From Alphaproteobacteria bacterium (GTDB lineage: Bacteria; Pseudomonadota; Alphaproteobacteria; JAAXGF01), in the NCBI GenBank assembly GCA_963555825.3, contig CAUVXB020000001.1, positions 2,080,001 through 2,144,000 of the forward strand: DNA of 64,000 nucleotides, given 5' to 3'. Below are positions 38,445 to 48,875 of the stretch, piece after piece (the stretch's first letter is position 1; the number at the start of each line of letters is the position of its first letter). The notes under the pieces were generated by a model, which worked only from the letters and a program-made list of their open reading frames with translations, made no database searches and was not told the DNA's origin. Position numbers and translations under genes: made by a program.

Positions 38445-40135
38445 TCCAGACTGTGTAAGAACGTTTGCTGCGTGATCTGTACGGCGCGTCTTTGGCTTCG
38501 ATGATCCGTCGCGGCGGGTATTCCGGGATTAAGGATTTTCGCCACTCGTGCGGACCTGTCGGCCGGCTGGCGCCGGTGTGAGCTGCGATTTGGCCGGATA
38601 TGGGCGCAATTTGCGGCGCAGAGAGGCCTATGCGGTCCTCATCGCCGCGATCAGCGGGTCGATGCCCGTGATGTTCATGACGCGCTTGAGATTGTAGGCC
38701 AGCACGTGCAGGGCCATCTCGGTCCTCACCCGTTTCAGCGTCTTCGTCTGGAAATGCGTCGCGCCCATCCAGGACTTGATGGTGCCGAAGGGATGCTCGG
38801 CCGTCTCGCGCCGCCGACGCATCGCCTCCGGGTGCTCGTCGAGCCGCCTCTCGACGGCCTCGAGAACATGCTCGTGCTGCCAGCGGGTGATGCGGCGCTG
38901 CTTGGCCGTGGTGCAGCGATGCTTGATGGCGCATCCCTGACAGGCGTTGGTCCAGTAGCGCCGCATGCTCAGCCCCCTCTCCTGGCTGGTGAAGCGGTAG
39001 ACCAAACGCTCGCCGGCCGGGCAGCGATAGACATCGTCGGCGGCCAGATAGACGAAGTCCTGTTTGCCGAAGCGGCCCTTGGCCTTGGCTCCAGAGGTCA
39101 GCGGCTTAGGCAATGTGACGGTGATGCCGGCCTCATCGCAGGCCAGAATCTCCTTGCCGTTGTAGTAGCCGCGATCGGCAACGACATCCAACTCGTCGGT
39201 CTCCAGAGCCGCCTTGGTCCGCTTCGCCATGGCTGAGAGCTGGACGCGGTCGGTGCCCTGATTGGTCACCTCGTGGGCGACGATCAGGTGGTGCTTGGTG
39301 TCGACGGCGGCCTGAACGTTGTAGCCGACCACGCCGGAACCCCGGCCGCTCGTCGCCATCGAGCGGGCATCGGGATCGCTCAGAGAGATCTGCTGGTCCG
39401 GGCTCGCACGCCGCTCGACTTCAAGCGCCTTCAGGCGCCGCATCTCCTCCTTGAGGATCGCGATCTTGTCGGCCAGACGAGTCGTCTTGGTCGTGCGCGC
39501 CAGCGACGGCTCTTGCCGGTCGGCGCTGTCCAACTGGTCCAGATAGCGCGCAACGCTCTCCTCGATCTGCGCCACCCGCCGCGCCATCTTGGCCCGCGTG
39601 AAGTTCCTGTCCCGGCTGTTGACCGCCTTGAACTTCGAGCCATCGATCGCCACGCTCGCCTCGGCGAACAGCCCGAGTTGCCGGCACAGCGCGACGAACC
39701 GGGCGCAGACCTTGCGGATCGCACGGCCGTTGTCCTTGCGGAAGTCGGCGATCGTCTTGTGATCCGGCGCCAGCCGGCCGACCAGCCACATCACTTCCAC
39801 ATTGCGCCCGGCCTCCCTCTCGAGCCGACGGCTCGACTGAACCCGGTTGAGATAGCCGTAGATGTAGAGCTTCAACAAATCGCAAGGATGATAGGCCGGC
39901 CTGCCGGTCGCCAGCGGCTCGACCCGGTCGAACCCGAGGCCGCCAAGATCGAGCTCATCGACGAAGACGTCGATCGCCCGAACCGGGTTGTCGTCGCCGA
40001 TCCAGTCTTCCAGGCGCTCCGGAAACAACGTGCCCTGGCTGCGATCGACACCCTCGACAAAACGCTTCATCAGACCCTCCCGCCAAAGCACGAGAGAATC
40101 ATAACACCATCGACGTTTTTACACAGGCTGGGTCA
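38445..40135 (-). mobile_element. IS1182-family element, copy 1 (~1.69 kb)
   Basis: Inverted repeats CCAGACTGTGTAAGAAC and CCAGCCTGTGTAAAAAC; extent defined by identity to copy 2. Confidence 0.92.
38628..40070 (-). CDS. IS1182 transposase
   Basis: GRPAYHP, SSRRLE, PDHKTIADFR, DGSK, GYNVQ, ADRGY and EHPFGTIK motifs. Confidence 0.93.
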   Translation of the reverse strand: MKRFVEGVDRSQGTLFPERLEDWIGDDNPVRAIDVFVDELDLGGLGFDRVEPLATGRPAYHPCDLLKLYIYGYLNRVQSSRRLEREAGRNVEVMWLVGRLAPDHKTIADFRKDNGRAIRKVCARFVALCRQLGLFAEASVAIDGSKFKAVNSRDRNFTRAKMARRVAQIEESVARYLDQLDSADRQEPSLARTTKTTRLADKIAILKEEMRRLKALEVERRASPDQQISLSDPDARSMATSGRGSGVVGYNVQAAVDTKHHLIVAHEVTNQGTDRVQLSAMAKRTKAALETDELDVVADRGYYNGKEILACDEAGITVTLPKPLTSGAKAKGRFGKQDFVYLAADDVYRCPAGERLVYRFTSQERGLSMRRYWTNACQGCAIKHRCTTAKQRRITRWQHEHVLEAVERRLDEHPEAMRRRRETAEHPFGTIKSWMGATHFQTKTLKRVRTEMALHVLAYNLKRVMNITGIDPLIAAMRTA

Positions 40136-40399
40136 ATTGCAAACGAACGGCGGCACCGTCAGGCGGGTCCGCTGCTTGTGGTGAAGCAGACGCAATCGGG
40201 GGCAAAGCGGACGTTGCCGCTTGAAGGTTGGCTTTCGGGGGTAGAGCGGTCTTACCGGCGACAGGGCCCGACCGAGACGAAGCCGCACCGGGGTCCCGAG
40301 AGGGAAGCCAAAAACTCTCGCGGTTGCGCGGCTGGCCGGTTTCGCCGGAGTGGCGTAGTTTAAACAAATCGCCCGCCTGATGGACTGCGCCAAAACCCT

Positions 40400-40840
40400 A
40401 TGACCACAGCCGATATACCTGCCGAAACGGTAACATCGGATGACGAGTGGGGGCTTGTCTATGATTGGCAATGCCCGGCCTGCAACCTCTACTGCCACCT
40501 GTTGTGCATCGGGGAAGCCGGCGGCCAATTTCGTTTGGTCAACGCGCGCGATAACGCCGAGGTCATGAAAGAAATCACGGCCCGGGGCTTCGATATCGAT
40601 CAGGGCATGGTTCTGAAAATGAACCACCAGTTCTATTTCGGGGCCGACGCAATTCACATGCTGGCCCTCATTGCCAGCCCGTCCACGGTGTTCAATCGGT
40701 TTAATATCTGGATATTTCGCTCTCGGCGTCGCTCGGAACTGCTCTATCCAGTTCTGCGTGCCTGCCGTAATTTCCTGCTGAAGCTCTTGAGGCGCACCAA
40801 GATCAACAATCTCGGACTGCCGGACAACGAGAGGTTCTGA
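40400..40840 (+). CDS. DCC1-like (DUF393) thiol-disulfide oxidoreductase
   Basis: LVYDWQCPAC (DxxCxxC); GADAI; YPVL..CRN motif. Confidence 0.8.
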   Translation: MTTADIPAETVTSDDEWGLVYDWQCPACNLYCHLLCIGEAGGQFRLVNARDNAEVMKEITARGFDIDQGMVLKMNHQFYFGADAIHMLALIASPSTVFNRFNIWIFRSRRRSELLYPVLRACRNFLLKLLRRTKINNLGLPDNERF

Positions 40841-40871
40841 CGCTTTGGTCCAACGAACGTCTGCTACGGTC

Positions 40872-41046
40872 CCGGGGTCATCTCTTTGATCGCCAGGGCG
40901 CGTTGGTCAAGCGGCTCGGCCTCGGCGTACTTGCTCTGGGCGTGGTAGAGCGCTGCTAGGTTGTTGAGGCTCGTGGTTACGTCGGGGTGCTCCGGCCCCC
41001 CAGGGTCTTCTCGTTGATCGCCAGGGCGCGTTGGTAGCGCGGCTCT
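40872..41046 (-). pseudogene. TPR (kinesin-light-chain-like) repeat fragment with frameshift
   Basis: EPRYQRALAINEKTLG / PEHPDVTTSLNNLAALYHAQSKYAEAEPLDQRALAI; shift in a G6 run. Confidence 0.75.
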
Positions 41047-41087
41047 CCCACTTACCGCCGCGAACCTTGTGTTCGTTTAATCCGGCA

Positions 41088-43598
41088 TCAGCCGAACGGT
41101 TTCCACAGTAAAATCAGCTTTGGCAGCACTGTGAGCGCTGCCAAAAGGGCGATGAACATTGCCGACGCGATTAACACACCAAAATAAATAGTCGGGATGA
41201 AGTTGGAAAACACCAAGATGGAGAAACCGAAGATGATGGTCATGGTCGTGTAGAATACCGCCTTGCCGATATTGGAATGGCAAACATGCAGGGTCTCCAC
41301 ATAATCGTGAGTATGTGCGTACTCTTCTCTGAATCGGTAGATATAGTGAATACCATTGTCTACTGCGATACCGATGGTGATGGCGGCGATCGTGATGGTC
41401 ATCATGTCCATGGGGATTTTCGCCCATCCCATGACGCCCAAAACCACCCCGGCGCCGAGCAGGTTCGGCAGAATGCCGATAATCGACAAGATGATCGACC
41501 GGAACAACACCAGGAACATGATCGCAATACCCAGCATCACCACGCCGATGGTTTTGATCTGCGATTTGAACAAGCTCTGCAGCATATTGTTGTAGAGCAC
41601 GAGCAGCCCGCTCACGATCACGTCCCGCTCCTCGAATCCGAGCTTCTCCACCAGATCACGGCGCACTGTCTCCAGCAGCTCCTTGCGGCGTAGATCCGGT
41701 TTCGAATCCAACACACGCGCGAGGAGCCGCGCCTCGTTGTCATCGATGGAGAGATAGGGGTCGATGAGACTCTTTCTTATCTCGGGGGGAATTTTGGTAT
41801 ACAGGACGGCCAGCTCCAATGCGTCCAGCTCCTCTCCGGCCAGGTCTTCGGCAACCCGCACCGGCGAAGCGAGCGAGAGCACCTTGCCGATCTCGGGCAG
41901 TCCATCGAGGTAGTCGTGTACTTCCTTGATGCGCTGGATCTTGTAGGCGGTAAACCAATACTCCGGCGAGTTGGCGTATGTTTGCGCGTACTCACGCTCC
42001 ATTTGCGCGAACTCAAGCTCCATTTGTATCTCTTCCTCGGTCAACCCTTCAAGGCCCTCGGGTTTCAGGAAATCGTCAGAGTCGTCCCCGAATTTAATCA
42101 GTATTTCCAGTGGCGTCGTGCCGCCGAGCTTCTCGTCGATGAGCTTGAGACCTTGATAAATTTCGGTGTCTTCGCTGAAGTAGTTGATGAAACTGTTCTC
42201 GACACGCAGCCGGGCGATTCCCGCTACACTCACGACGGTCAAAATCACCGCCAACACCAGGATCTTGTTGCCTTGGGTCTCGGTCAGACGGGCCAGATAT
42301 GCAGGTAAGAGAAACCGGTCACTGTCGAAGCTGGGTTTGGCTCCAGTTTTCCCGATCACCAACAGCAACGTGGGGAACAGTAGAAACGAGGTGACGAATG
42401 TCACCGCCAAACCGGCGCTCATCATCCAGCCGAAGTCGATGACCGGCTTGATTCCGCTCACGACCAGGGAGCTAAAACCGATGATGGTCGTTAGCGCGGT
42501 GTATAGACAGGGTTTCACCATCTTGTGCGTTGTGGTTCTGACCAGCGCCAACTGATCGTCACCTGGACGATCTCGATTGAGCTGCCGGTAACGCACGATC
42601 AAATGAATGTTCATCGAGATGGTGATGATCAGCATGAGGGCGAGAAAATTGGATGAGATGACGGTGACCTTCCAACCGATCAATCCCAGTACACCCACCA
42701 TGATTAATCCGGCGTAAAAACAGCTGAGCAGCGGCAGCACGATCCAGCGCAATTCCCGGAAGATGGCGGTGAGAACAATGATGAGAAACACCAGAACTCC
42801 ACCACCGAAGACGATCAGGTCGTTGCGCACGAATGTGACCATGTCGTCGGTAATCATCGGCACACCGCCGAGATATAAAACGCCATGCCGGCGGTACGGC
42901 TCGACGATGTCTCTGATGTGGGCAACGTCGAGGTGACGTTGCCTGCTTAACGCTTCATGAGCCTCATCGTATTCGGCGGTGATGCGTTCCAGGGTTTGCG
43001 TTTCTTCAACGGAGAGACCGGTATCTCGTCGTTTGGCACGCAGCTCGTCTCGAGATAGGAGCAAGCTGTTGTACTGCTGATCCTCGACCAGTCCCAAAAG
43101 TAAGGCGGTGGTTCGACGATCTACACTGACGATGAGCTCGCGGTAGATGGGGCTATTGAGCAACTCGTCTTTGGCTCTGTCCCGGTCGATACCGGGTTTC
43201 TCCAGGCTTGGTACATCGTTGATCATCTCCGTGAACGGCACGTCCGAGCTTTGTAATAGGGGGGCATCGAGTATTGTGAACACCGTGTCCACGCTGGTGA
43301 CTTTCTCGAGTTCTCCGCGGAGTTGCTTCAAAGACTCTAATGCTTCGTCCGAGAAGAGATCTTCGTCGGGGGTGTACGTCACAACGAGTAACTCGCTACT
43401 CGGATATCGCTGATGGATTTTCCTGAACACATTGAGGTCCACGTCGTCTTCCAGCAACAAGGAGTCGGCCGATGCGTCCAGCTTGAAATCTTTTGTGTGA
43501 TAACCGAAGAAAACCAGAATTGAGAGCAGCACGATCAGAACTGACTTGGGATTGCGGAGCACCAGAGTGTCATAGGCTTGCGCGGTACGAGACGTCAT
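41088..43598 (-). CDS. MMPL/RND-superfamily membrane transporter
   Basis: Two TM halves; LTTIIGFSSL, GIAVDNGIH and LTVLP motifs; lower GC than flanks. Confidence 0.9.
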   Translation of the reverse strand: MTSRTAQAYDTLVLRNPKSVLIVLLSILVFFGYHTKDFKLDASADSLLLEDDVDLNVFRKIHQRYPSSELLVVTYTPDEDLFSDEALESLKQLRGELEKVTSVDTVFTILDAPLLQSSDVPFTEMINDVPSLEKPGIDRDRAKDELLNSPIYRELIVSVDRRTTALLLGLVEDQQYNSLLLSRDELRAKRRDTGLSVEETQTLERITAEYDEAHEALSRQRHLDVAHIRDIVEPYRRHGVLYLGGVPMITDDMVTFVRNDLIVFGGGVLVFLIIVLTAIFRELRWIVLPLLSCFYAGLIMVGVLGLIGWKVTVISSNFLALMLIITISMNIHLIVRYRQLNRDRPGDDQLALVRTTTHKMVKPCLYTALTTIIGFSSLVVSGIKPVIDFGWMMSAGLAVTFVTSFLLFPTLLLVIGKTGAKPSFDSDRFLLPAYLARLTETQGNKILVLAVILTVVSVAGIARLRVENSFINYFSEDTEIYQGLKLIDEKLGGTTPLEILIKFGDDSDDFLKPEGLEGLTEEEIQMELEFAQMEREYAQTYANSPEYWFTAYKIQRIKEVHDYLDGLPEIGKVLSLASPVRVAEDLAGEELDALELAVLYTKIPPEIRKSLIDPYLSIDDNEARLLARVLDSKPDLRRKELLETVRRDLVEKLGFEERDVIVSGLLVLYNNMLQSLFKSQIKTIGVVMLGIAIMFLVLFRSIILSIIGILPNLLGAGVVLGVMGWAKIPMDMMTITIAAITIGIAVDNGIHYIYRFREEYAHTHDYVETLHVCHSNIGKAVFYTTMTIIFGFSILVFSNFIPTIYFGVLIASAMFIALLAALTVLPKLILLWKPFG

Positions 43599-43831
43599 GG
43601 AGTTTCCTATTTGAGCAACGTCAATTCAGCCAGGGGACCAATGGCTCGGCCCGTGGTGTGAACAATTTTCCAGAGGGGTGAAGGTTATCGTCGGCCATCG
43701 GGGTCGGATCGCCGCCTGCCCGTCTGAACCGAGATTCCCCAGATGACATCGTAATCCGGGAAAATGGTACCACCGTTCCACCGCTATGGGAACTGCATCC
43801 CGTGGCGTCCAGCACCATGAAAGTCCGCCGT

Positions 43832-43852
43832 GGGTCCAGCCTGTGTGAGAAC
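43832..43852. mobile_element. Orphan IS1182-like terminal inverted repeat, cut off by IS21
   Basis: GGGTCCAGCCTGTGTGAGAAC versus GGGTCCAGACTGTGTAAGAAC of IS1182 copy 1. Confidence 0.55.
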
Positions 43853-43980
43853 CAGACATCGGTGAGAACGGCAGAGCAATAATCCCCCACTGAAGCGGCC
43901 GGTCGATCCGGCTGCGGCGGACCAAAATGGGACCGCGTATAGCCTTCTGTCAGGGTTGCTCTGACTGGAAGGCGGGGGGG

Positions 43981-45480
43981 ATGTATCGGGTGGAGTTGTA
44001 CGCACGGGTTCGGCGGGCGTGTCATGTCGAGGGGATGAGCACCCGCGAGGCCTCGCGGGTGTTTGGTGTAGACCGCAAGACGGTCCGTAAGATGCTGTCG
44101 TTCTCGGTGCCGCCAGGGTATCGCCGAAGCGCGCCGCCGAGGCGGCCAAAGCTGGGTCCGTTCACGGGAATCATCGATCGGATCTTGGAAGACGATCGGA
44201 CCAGCCACCGCAAGCAACGGCACACTGCGAAGCGCATCTTCGACCGCCTCCGGGACGAGTACGGTTTCACGGGCGGCTACACCATCGTGAAGGACTACGT
44301 TCGTGAGCAGGGGCTTCGGTCGCGTGAGGTGTTCGTGCCACTCTCCCATTCCCCCGGTCACGCCCAGGCGGACTTCGGCGAAGCGATGGCGGTGATCGGC
44401 GGCGCGTTACGGAAGATCCACTTCCTTGCCTTCGACCTTCCCCACAGTGATGGTTGCTTTGTTGCGGCCTATCCGGCGGAGACGACCGAAGCATTCTGCG
44501 ATGGCCACAACGCGGCGTTTGCCTTCTTCGGCGGCGTCCCCCGATCCATCCTGTACGACAACACCAAGCTGGCGGTTGCCCGGATCCTGGGCGATGGGAA
44601 GCGGCAGCGAACGCGCGTCTTCACGGAGCTTCAGTCCCACTATCTGTTCGAGGACAGGTTCGGCCGGCCGGGCAAGGGCAACGACAAGGGCAAGGTCGAG
44701 GGACTGGTCGGCTTCATCCGGCGGAACTTCCTGGTCCCCGTCCCGCGTGCCGAGAGCTTCGCGGCCCTCAACGATGCTCTCGCCGAACAGTGCCGCCGGC
44801 GCCAGGCGGCGCGGCTGCGGGGCCACAAGGAGACCATCGGCGAGCGTCTCGAGCGGGATCGTCAAGTTCTCTTGCCATTGCCGCCTGCTCCCTATGATGC
44901 CTGCGATAAGCGCCCTGGACGGGCGAGTTCGCTGTCGCTGGTGCGTTACCGCAGCAACGACTATTCCGTGCCCGTGGCCTACGGCCACCGTGAGGTGCTC
45001 ATCCGGGGCTACGTCGATGAGGTGGTGATCAGCTGCGGGGCCGAGGTGATCGCCCGGCACCGCCGGTCCTACGACAGCGAGGACCTGATCTTCGACCCGC
45101 TGCATTACCTGCCCTTGATCGAGCAGAAGATCGGCGCCCTCGACCAGGCCGCGCCATTGGCGGGCTGGGACCTGCCCGAGGCCTTCATCACTCTGCGGCG
45201 GCTCCTCGAAGCTCGTATGGGCAAGGCAGGCAAGCGCGAGTACGTCCAGGTGCTCCGTCTACTGGAGACCTTCCGGCTCGAGGAGGTCGAGGGTGCGGTC
45301 GGCGACGCCCTGCGGCTCGGCGCAATCGGCTTTGATGCGGTGAAGCACCTGGTACTGTGCCGCATCGAGCGGCGGCCGCCCAGGCTCAACCTCGACGTCT
45401 ATCCGTATCTGCCGCGCGCCCGGGTCGCGATGACGTCCGCCAAGTCGTACATGAGCCTGCTGTCGGGGCTCGGCGCATGA
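43981..45480 (+). CDS. istA: IS21 transposase IstA
   Basis: Identical translation to 34844-36343. Confidence 0.95.
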   Translation: MYRVELYARVRRACHVEGMSTREASRVFGVDRKTVRKMLSFSVPPGYRRSAPPRRPKLGPFTGIIDRILEDDRTSHRKQRHTAKRIFDRLRDEYGFTGGYTIVKDYVREQGLRSREVFVPLSHSPGHAQADFGEAMAVIGGALRKIHFLAFDLPHSDGCFVAAYPAETTEAFCDGHNAAFAFFGGVPRSILYDNTKLAVARILGDGKRQRTRVFTELQSHYLFEDRFGRPGKGNDKGKVEGLVGFIRRNFLVPVPRAESFAALNDALAEQCRRRQAARLRGHKETIGERLERDRQVLLPLPPAPYDACDKRPGRASSLSLVRYRSNDYSVPVAYGHREVLIRGYVDEVVISCGAEVIARHRRSYDSEDLIFDPLHYLPLIEQKIGALDQAAPLAGWDLPEAFITLRRLLEARMGKAGKREYVQVLRLLETFRLEEVEGAVGDALRLGAIGFDAVKHLVLCRIERRPPRLNLDVYPYLPRARVAMTSAKSYMSLLSGLGA

Positions 45481-46241
45481 CCGACACACCGCAAGTGCTG
45501 CTCGCCCACCACCTCAAGACGCTGAAGCTGCCGACCTTCCTGCGCGAGTACGACAAGATCGCCCGGCAGTGCGCCTCGGAAGGCGTCGATCACGTCCGCT
45601 ACCTGTTGAGACTCGCCGAGCTCGAGCTGATCGACCGCGAGCGCCGCATGGTCGAGCGGCGCATCAAGGCGGCGCGCTTCCCCGTGGTCAAGAGCCTCGA
45701 CAGCTTCGACTTCAAGGTCATCCCCTCGCTCAACAAGGCGCTGGTCCTGGAGCTGGCCCGCTGCGAGTACATCGAGCGCCGCGAGAACCTCATCGCGCTC
45801 GGCAACAGTGGGACCGGCAAGACCCACATCGCCCTCGGTCTCGGCCTGGCGGCCTGCCAGAAGGGCCTCTCGGTCGGCTTCATCACCGCCGCCGCGCTGG
45901 TCCACGAACTCATCGAGGCCCGCGATGACAAGCAGCTGCTGAGGTTCCAGAAGAAGCTCGCCACCTACAAGCTTCTGATCGTCGACGAACTCGGCTTCGT
46001 GCCGCTGTCGAAGACCGGCGCCGAGCTGTTGTTCGAGGTGTTCAGCCAACGCTACGAGCGGGGCTCGACCCTGGTCACCACCAATCTGCCCTTCGACGAA
46101 TGGACCGAGGTGTTCGGCTCCGAGCGCCTCACCGGCGCGCTCCTCGATCGCCTCACCCACCACGTCAACATCCTCGAGATGAACGGTGACAGCTACAGGC
46201 TCAACCAGAGCCGCAGGCGTCAAACCCCGACTGCTAACTGA
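45477..46241 (+). CDS. istB: IS21 helper ATPase IstB
   Basis: Identical translation to 34083-34847. Confidence 0.95.
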   Translation: MTDTPQVLLAHHLKTLKLPTFLREYDKIARQCASEGVDHVRYLLRLAELELIDRERRMVERRIKAARFPVVKSLDSFDFKVIPSLNKALVLELARCEYIERRENLIALGNSGTGKTHIALGLGLAACQKGLSVGFITAAALVHELIEARDDKQLLRFQKKLATYKLLIVDELGFVPLSKTGAELLFEVFSQRYERGSTLVTTNLPFDEWTEVFGSERLTGALLDRLTHHVNILEMNGDSYRLNQSRRRQTPTAN

Positions 46242-46432
46242 ACCGACCACCCAGCCCACGCTTGACCCCGTGGGCCCACAGGTCCCTCCCGCGCGCGCCG
46301 CCGCGTCAGCCTGTTGAGGGCACGCCGCGTCGCGCGCGGGGCCCTCCCGTGGACTACGGGGACAAGCCCGCAGCCGCCAAGCGGTCCCTTCTTACACCGC
46401 CGAGGTGGTCCCTTTTTGCTCCGCCATTGACA

Positions 46433-46946
46433 CCGTAGGCCAAACCCGTGCCGGGAGAGGTGGCGGCACTCATCGCCGCGACCTCCGCCGCCCCAAAGGG
46501 CCGGACGTCTCCGTCTTGGCCTCCAGCAGTTCCACCTGCATGATCAACTCCCCGATCCGCTTCATGGCGATGTCCAGTTCCGCCTTCACCGGATCGCCCT
46601 TGCGTTCCTTGAGCGAGGCATCGATCCCGGCGATCGCCTTCTCACGCCACTGCTCGAGCCGGAAAATCTCCACGCCCAACTGCCGCGACAAAAGTTCCAC
46701 CGGCTCGCCACGCAAAAGCCGCAGGGCAACCTCACGCTTGCGCGTCACCGTCCACCGCTGGCCAAGTCCCAGCGGGCCTGCCGGCGAAACCTGGCCCGGG
46801 GAAAACGTGGACGAGCCAAGCTCGCCCTCGTTTACCACAGGCCCATCAACAGCAACTTTGTTCTCAAAATTGTCGGTCATGTTCCGGTCCTCCTTGGACA
46901 CTTCGATTAAGCCAATTCTGTGTCCAAGGAAATCGGGTCCGACTCA
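46433..46946 (-). mobile_element. Truncated IS3-like element (left inverted repeat, orfA, first codons of orfB)
   Basis: End TGAGTCGGACCCGATTTCCTTGGACA; HTH orfA at 46470-46901; orfB start (MSAATSPG) cut by IS21. Confidence 0.7.
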
Positions 46947-47310
46947 AATAGATCTCTCACCACTGGCCGCGCGTCTTGTGTTGAGGCGTCTGCGCGATGA
47001 TCGGGGACCGCTGTTCGATGACGTTGTCCACCGAGAAGATATCCCACGCCGCACAGACCTAGGCGAGCTTCCCAACTACCGTACACACAAGCACACGCTC
47101 TACGGCCGTCAAGAAGGGGTTTGTGGCGGCTGCCAAGTCATGTTCCCGTTCCGCAACATGACCGTCGATCACGTCGTGCCGCAATCCAAAGGCGGCAGTG
47201 ATCACCTGGATAACCTGCAACTGCTCTGCGCCGCCTGCAATTCCATGAAGGGCGCACGGTCTCAGGATGAGTTTATCGCAAAGCTGAAAGCGGAGGGATT
47301 GAGACAATGA
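46947..47310 (+). pseudogene. 5'-truncated HNH endonuclease, probably the C-terminus of a DNA methyltransferase-HNH fusion
   Basis: IDLSPLA (MTase tail-like); CGGC...VDHVVPQSKGGSD..DNLQLLCAACNSMKG HNH motif; no start codon after the IS end. Confidence 0.78.
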
Positions 47311-47480
47311 GCGAAGACGATAAAAAATCTGCGCCACGCGGCCGACCAGTAAAGAACATCATGCCGGAGCCGATCCCCGACACGGCGGAGAACATCGCGC
47401 GGGCGATCATGCGAGGCCCACCCAAGAAAGAATGGGATTACATGAAGGCGGCGGAGGCACGAGATTCAAAGGAGGGATAA
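47307..47480 (+). CDS. 57-aa hypothetical protein of a type seen at IS1595-family right ends
   Basis: MSEDDKK...PEPIPDTAENIARAIMRGPPKKEWDYMK; GGAGG RBS; ATGA overlap with the HNH gene. Confidence 0.6.
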   Translation: MSEDDKKSAPRGRPVKNIMPEPIPDTAENIARAIMRGPPKKEWDYMKAAEARDSKEG

Positions 47481-47489
47481 TTCGGCCTA

Positions 47490-47513
47490 TGGGTAAACAC
47501 GTATATAAATCCC
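47490..47513. mobile_element. Probable IS1595-family terminal inverted repeat
   Basis: ...GTAAACACGTATATAAATCCC resembles IS1595-family ends as recalled. No partner end or transposase in the window. Confidence 0.5.
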
Positions 47514-47560
47514 ATTCCTTAACCATTGCATGGCGGACCATGATGAGTTTCGTTGACCCT

Positions 47561-48875
47561 TAAAGTGCGCCCCGTTGTCCAGACCATTATGCGGCCTGTT
47601 TAAGATAATTTTTGTCTCCTGATTGCTGTTGTTGCGCCTGTGGGGATGTGGGTAAGCCGTCAGGCTTATCCATCATATCCACGGGCCGGTGGCCGCCTTC
47701 GAAATAAACCTCGTCGGGCGTATTGTAATCCAGCGACTGGTGCGGTCTCTGGCTGTTGTAGAAGTCGATGTAGGCGCCGATGCAGCGCCGCGCCTCGGGC
47801 AGGCTCTCATAGACCCGGAGATAGACTTCCTCGTATTTGATCGAGCGCCAGAAGCGCTCAATGAAGATGTTGTCCAGGCAACGCCCTTTGCCGTCCATGG
47901 AAACCCGAATGCCGCAGTCCTCCAGCGCCGATACCCAGTCCTTGGCCGTGAACTGCGCCCCCTGGTCCGAGTTGACGATGTCCGCAACCCCTTGGGCAAG
48001 CGCATCCTCCAGCGCCTCGAGACAGAACGTCCGGCTCATCGAGTTGGACAGGCGCCAGCCCATGATCCGGCGGCTGTAAACATCGATCAGCGCCACCAAA
48101 TAAGCGAAGCCCACCGGCAACTTGATGTAAGTGATGTCCACCTGCCAGACCTGACCGGGGCGGACAATGTCCAGATCCTGCAGAAGATAAGGATGGACAA
48201 CGTGGTCCCGCCCCGGGCGGCTGGTCTTGGGCGTGGCGTACAACGCCGCGATCCCCATCGCCTTCATCAGGCGGCGCACCCGCTTGTGGTTGACGACATG
48301 GCCGGCGCGGCGCAAGACCTCGGCGATCTTGCGGTAGCCGTAGAACGGACGGGCCTCCCAGATGTCCCGGATGCGGTTCATCATGTCGACCTCGTCATCC
48401 GTCCCGGAACGCCGCCGGTAGTACACCGTGCTGCGGTTGATATCCAAAAGGGCGCATTGGCGGCGCAGGCTCAAGTCGCCACCTTCGCGCCGGAGAAGTG
48501 CTTTTCTTTTGTCACGGCTCAGCTCTCCAATGCTTTTTTTAAGAAGTCGCGCTCCATCGTCAACTCGCCGATCTTCTCATGCAACTTGGCGATGGTCCGC
48601 TCATCCGCCGTCCCCGACCGGCGGCGCTTGTCGGCGAAAAGGCTCTTGCCCCCACATTCCAACTGGTCACGCCACTTCTGGATCGCGCCAACCGAAACCG
48701 CATACTCCCGGCTCAGCTCCCCAAGCGTCCGGTCTCCCTTCAACGCCGCCAGCGCCACCTTGAATTTGAAACCTTCGCCATGCGTCTTGCGAACCCTCGT
48801 CATCCTTCAATCCTTCCCCGAAAGAAGGAGACAGACTTATCTTAAACCGTGGTCCGAAAAACGGGGCGCAGCATA
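47561..48875 (-). mobile_element. IS3-family element (1315 bp) with 3-bp CCT target duplication
   Basis: Inverted repeats TATGCTGCGCCCCGTT and TAAAGTGCGCCCCGTT; CCT on both sides. Confidence 0.9.
47587..48803 (-). CDS. IS3 transposase orfAB (probable -1 frameshift at A7G, 48533-48540)
   Basis: orfA FKFKVAL HTH; orfB YGYRK, WQVDITYI, NSDQGAQF and DNIFIERFWRSIKYE motifs. Confidence 0.9.

Larger units (their letters stand above)
43863..46432 (+). mobile_element. IS21-family element, copy 2 (2570 bp, inverted relative to copy 1)
   Basis: Same ends, same length and identical ORF translations as copy 1. Confidence 0.95.

Noticed and set aside
33880-46445. Target-site duplications for the IS21 copies
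   Set aside because: The flanks (GCGATC/ACTCTG and CATCGG/CCGTAG) do not match in direct, composite or inverted pairings.
46405-47310. 301-aa ORF as a full-length HNH protein
   Set aside because: Its first ~180 codons are the IS21 end plus the antisense of the IS3-like orfA; only 46947-47310 is genuine.
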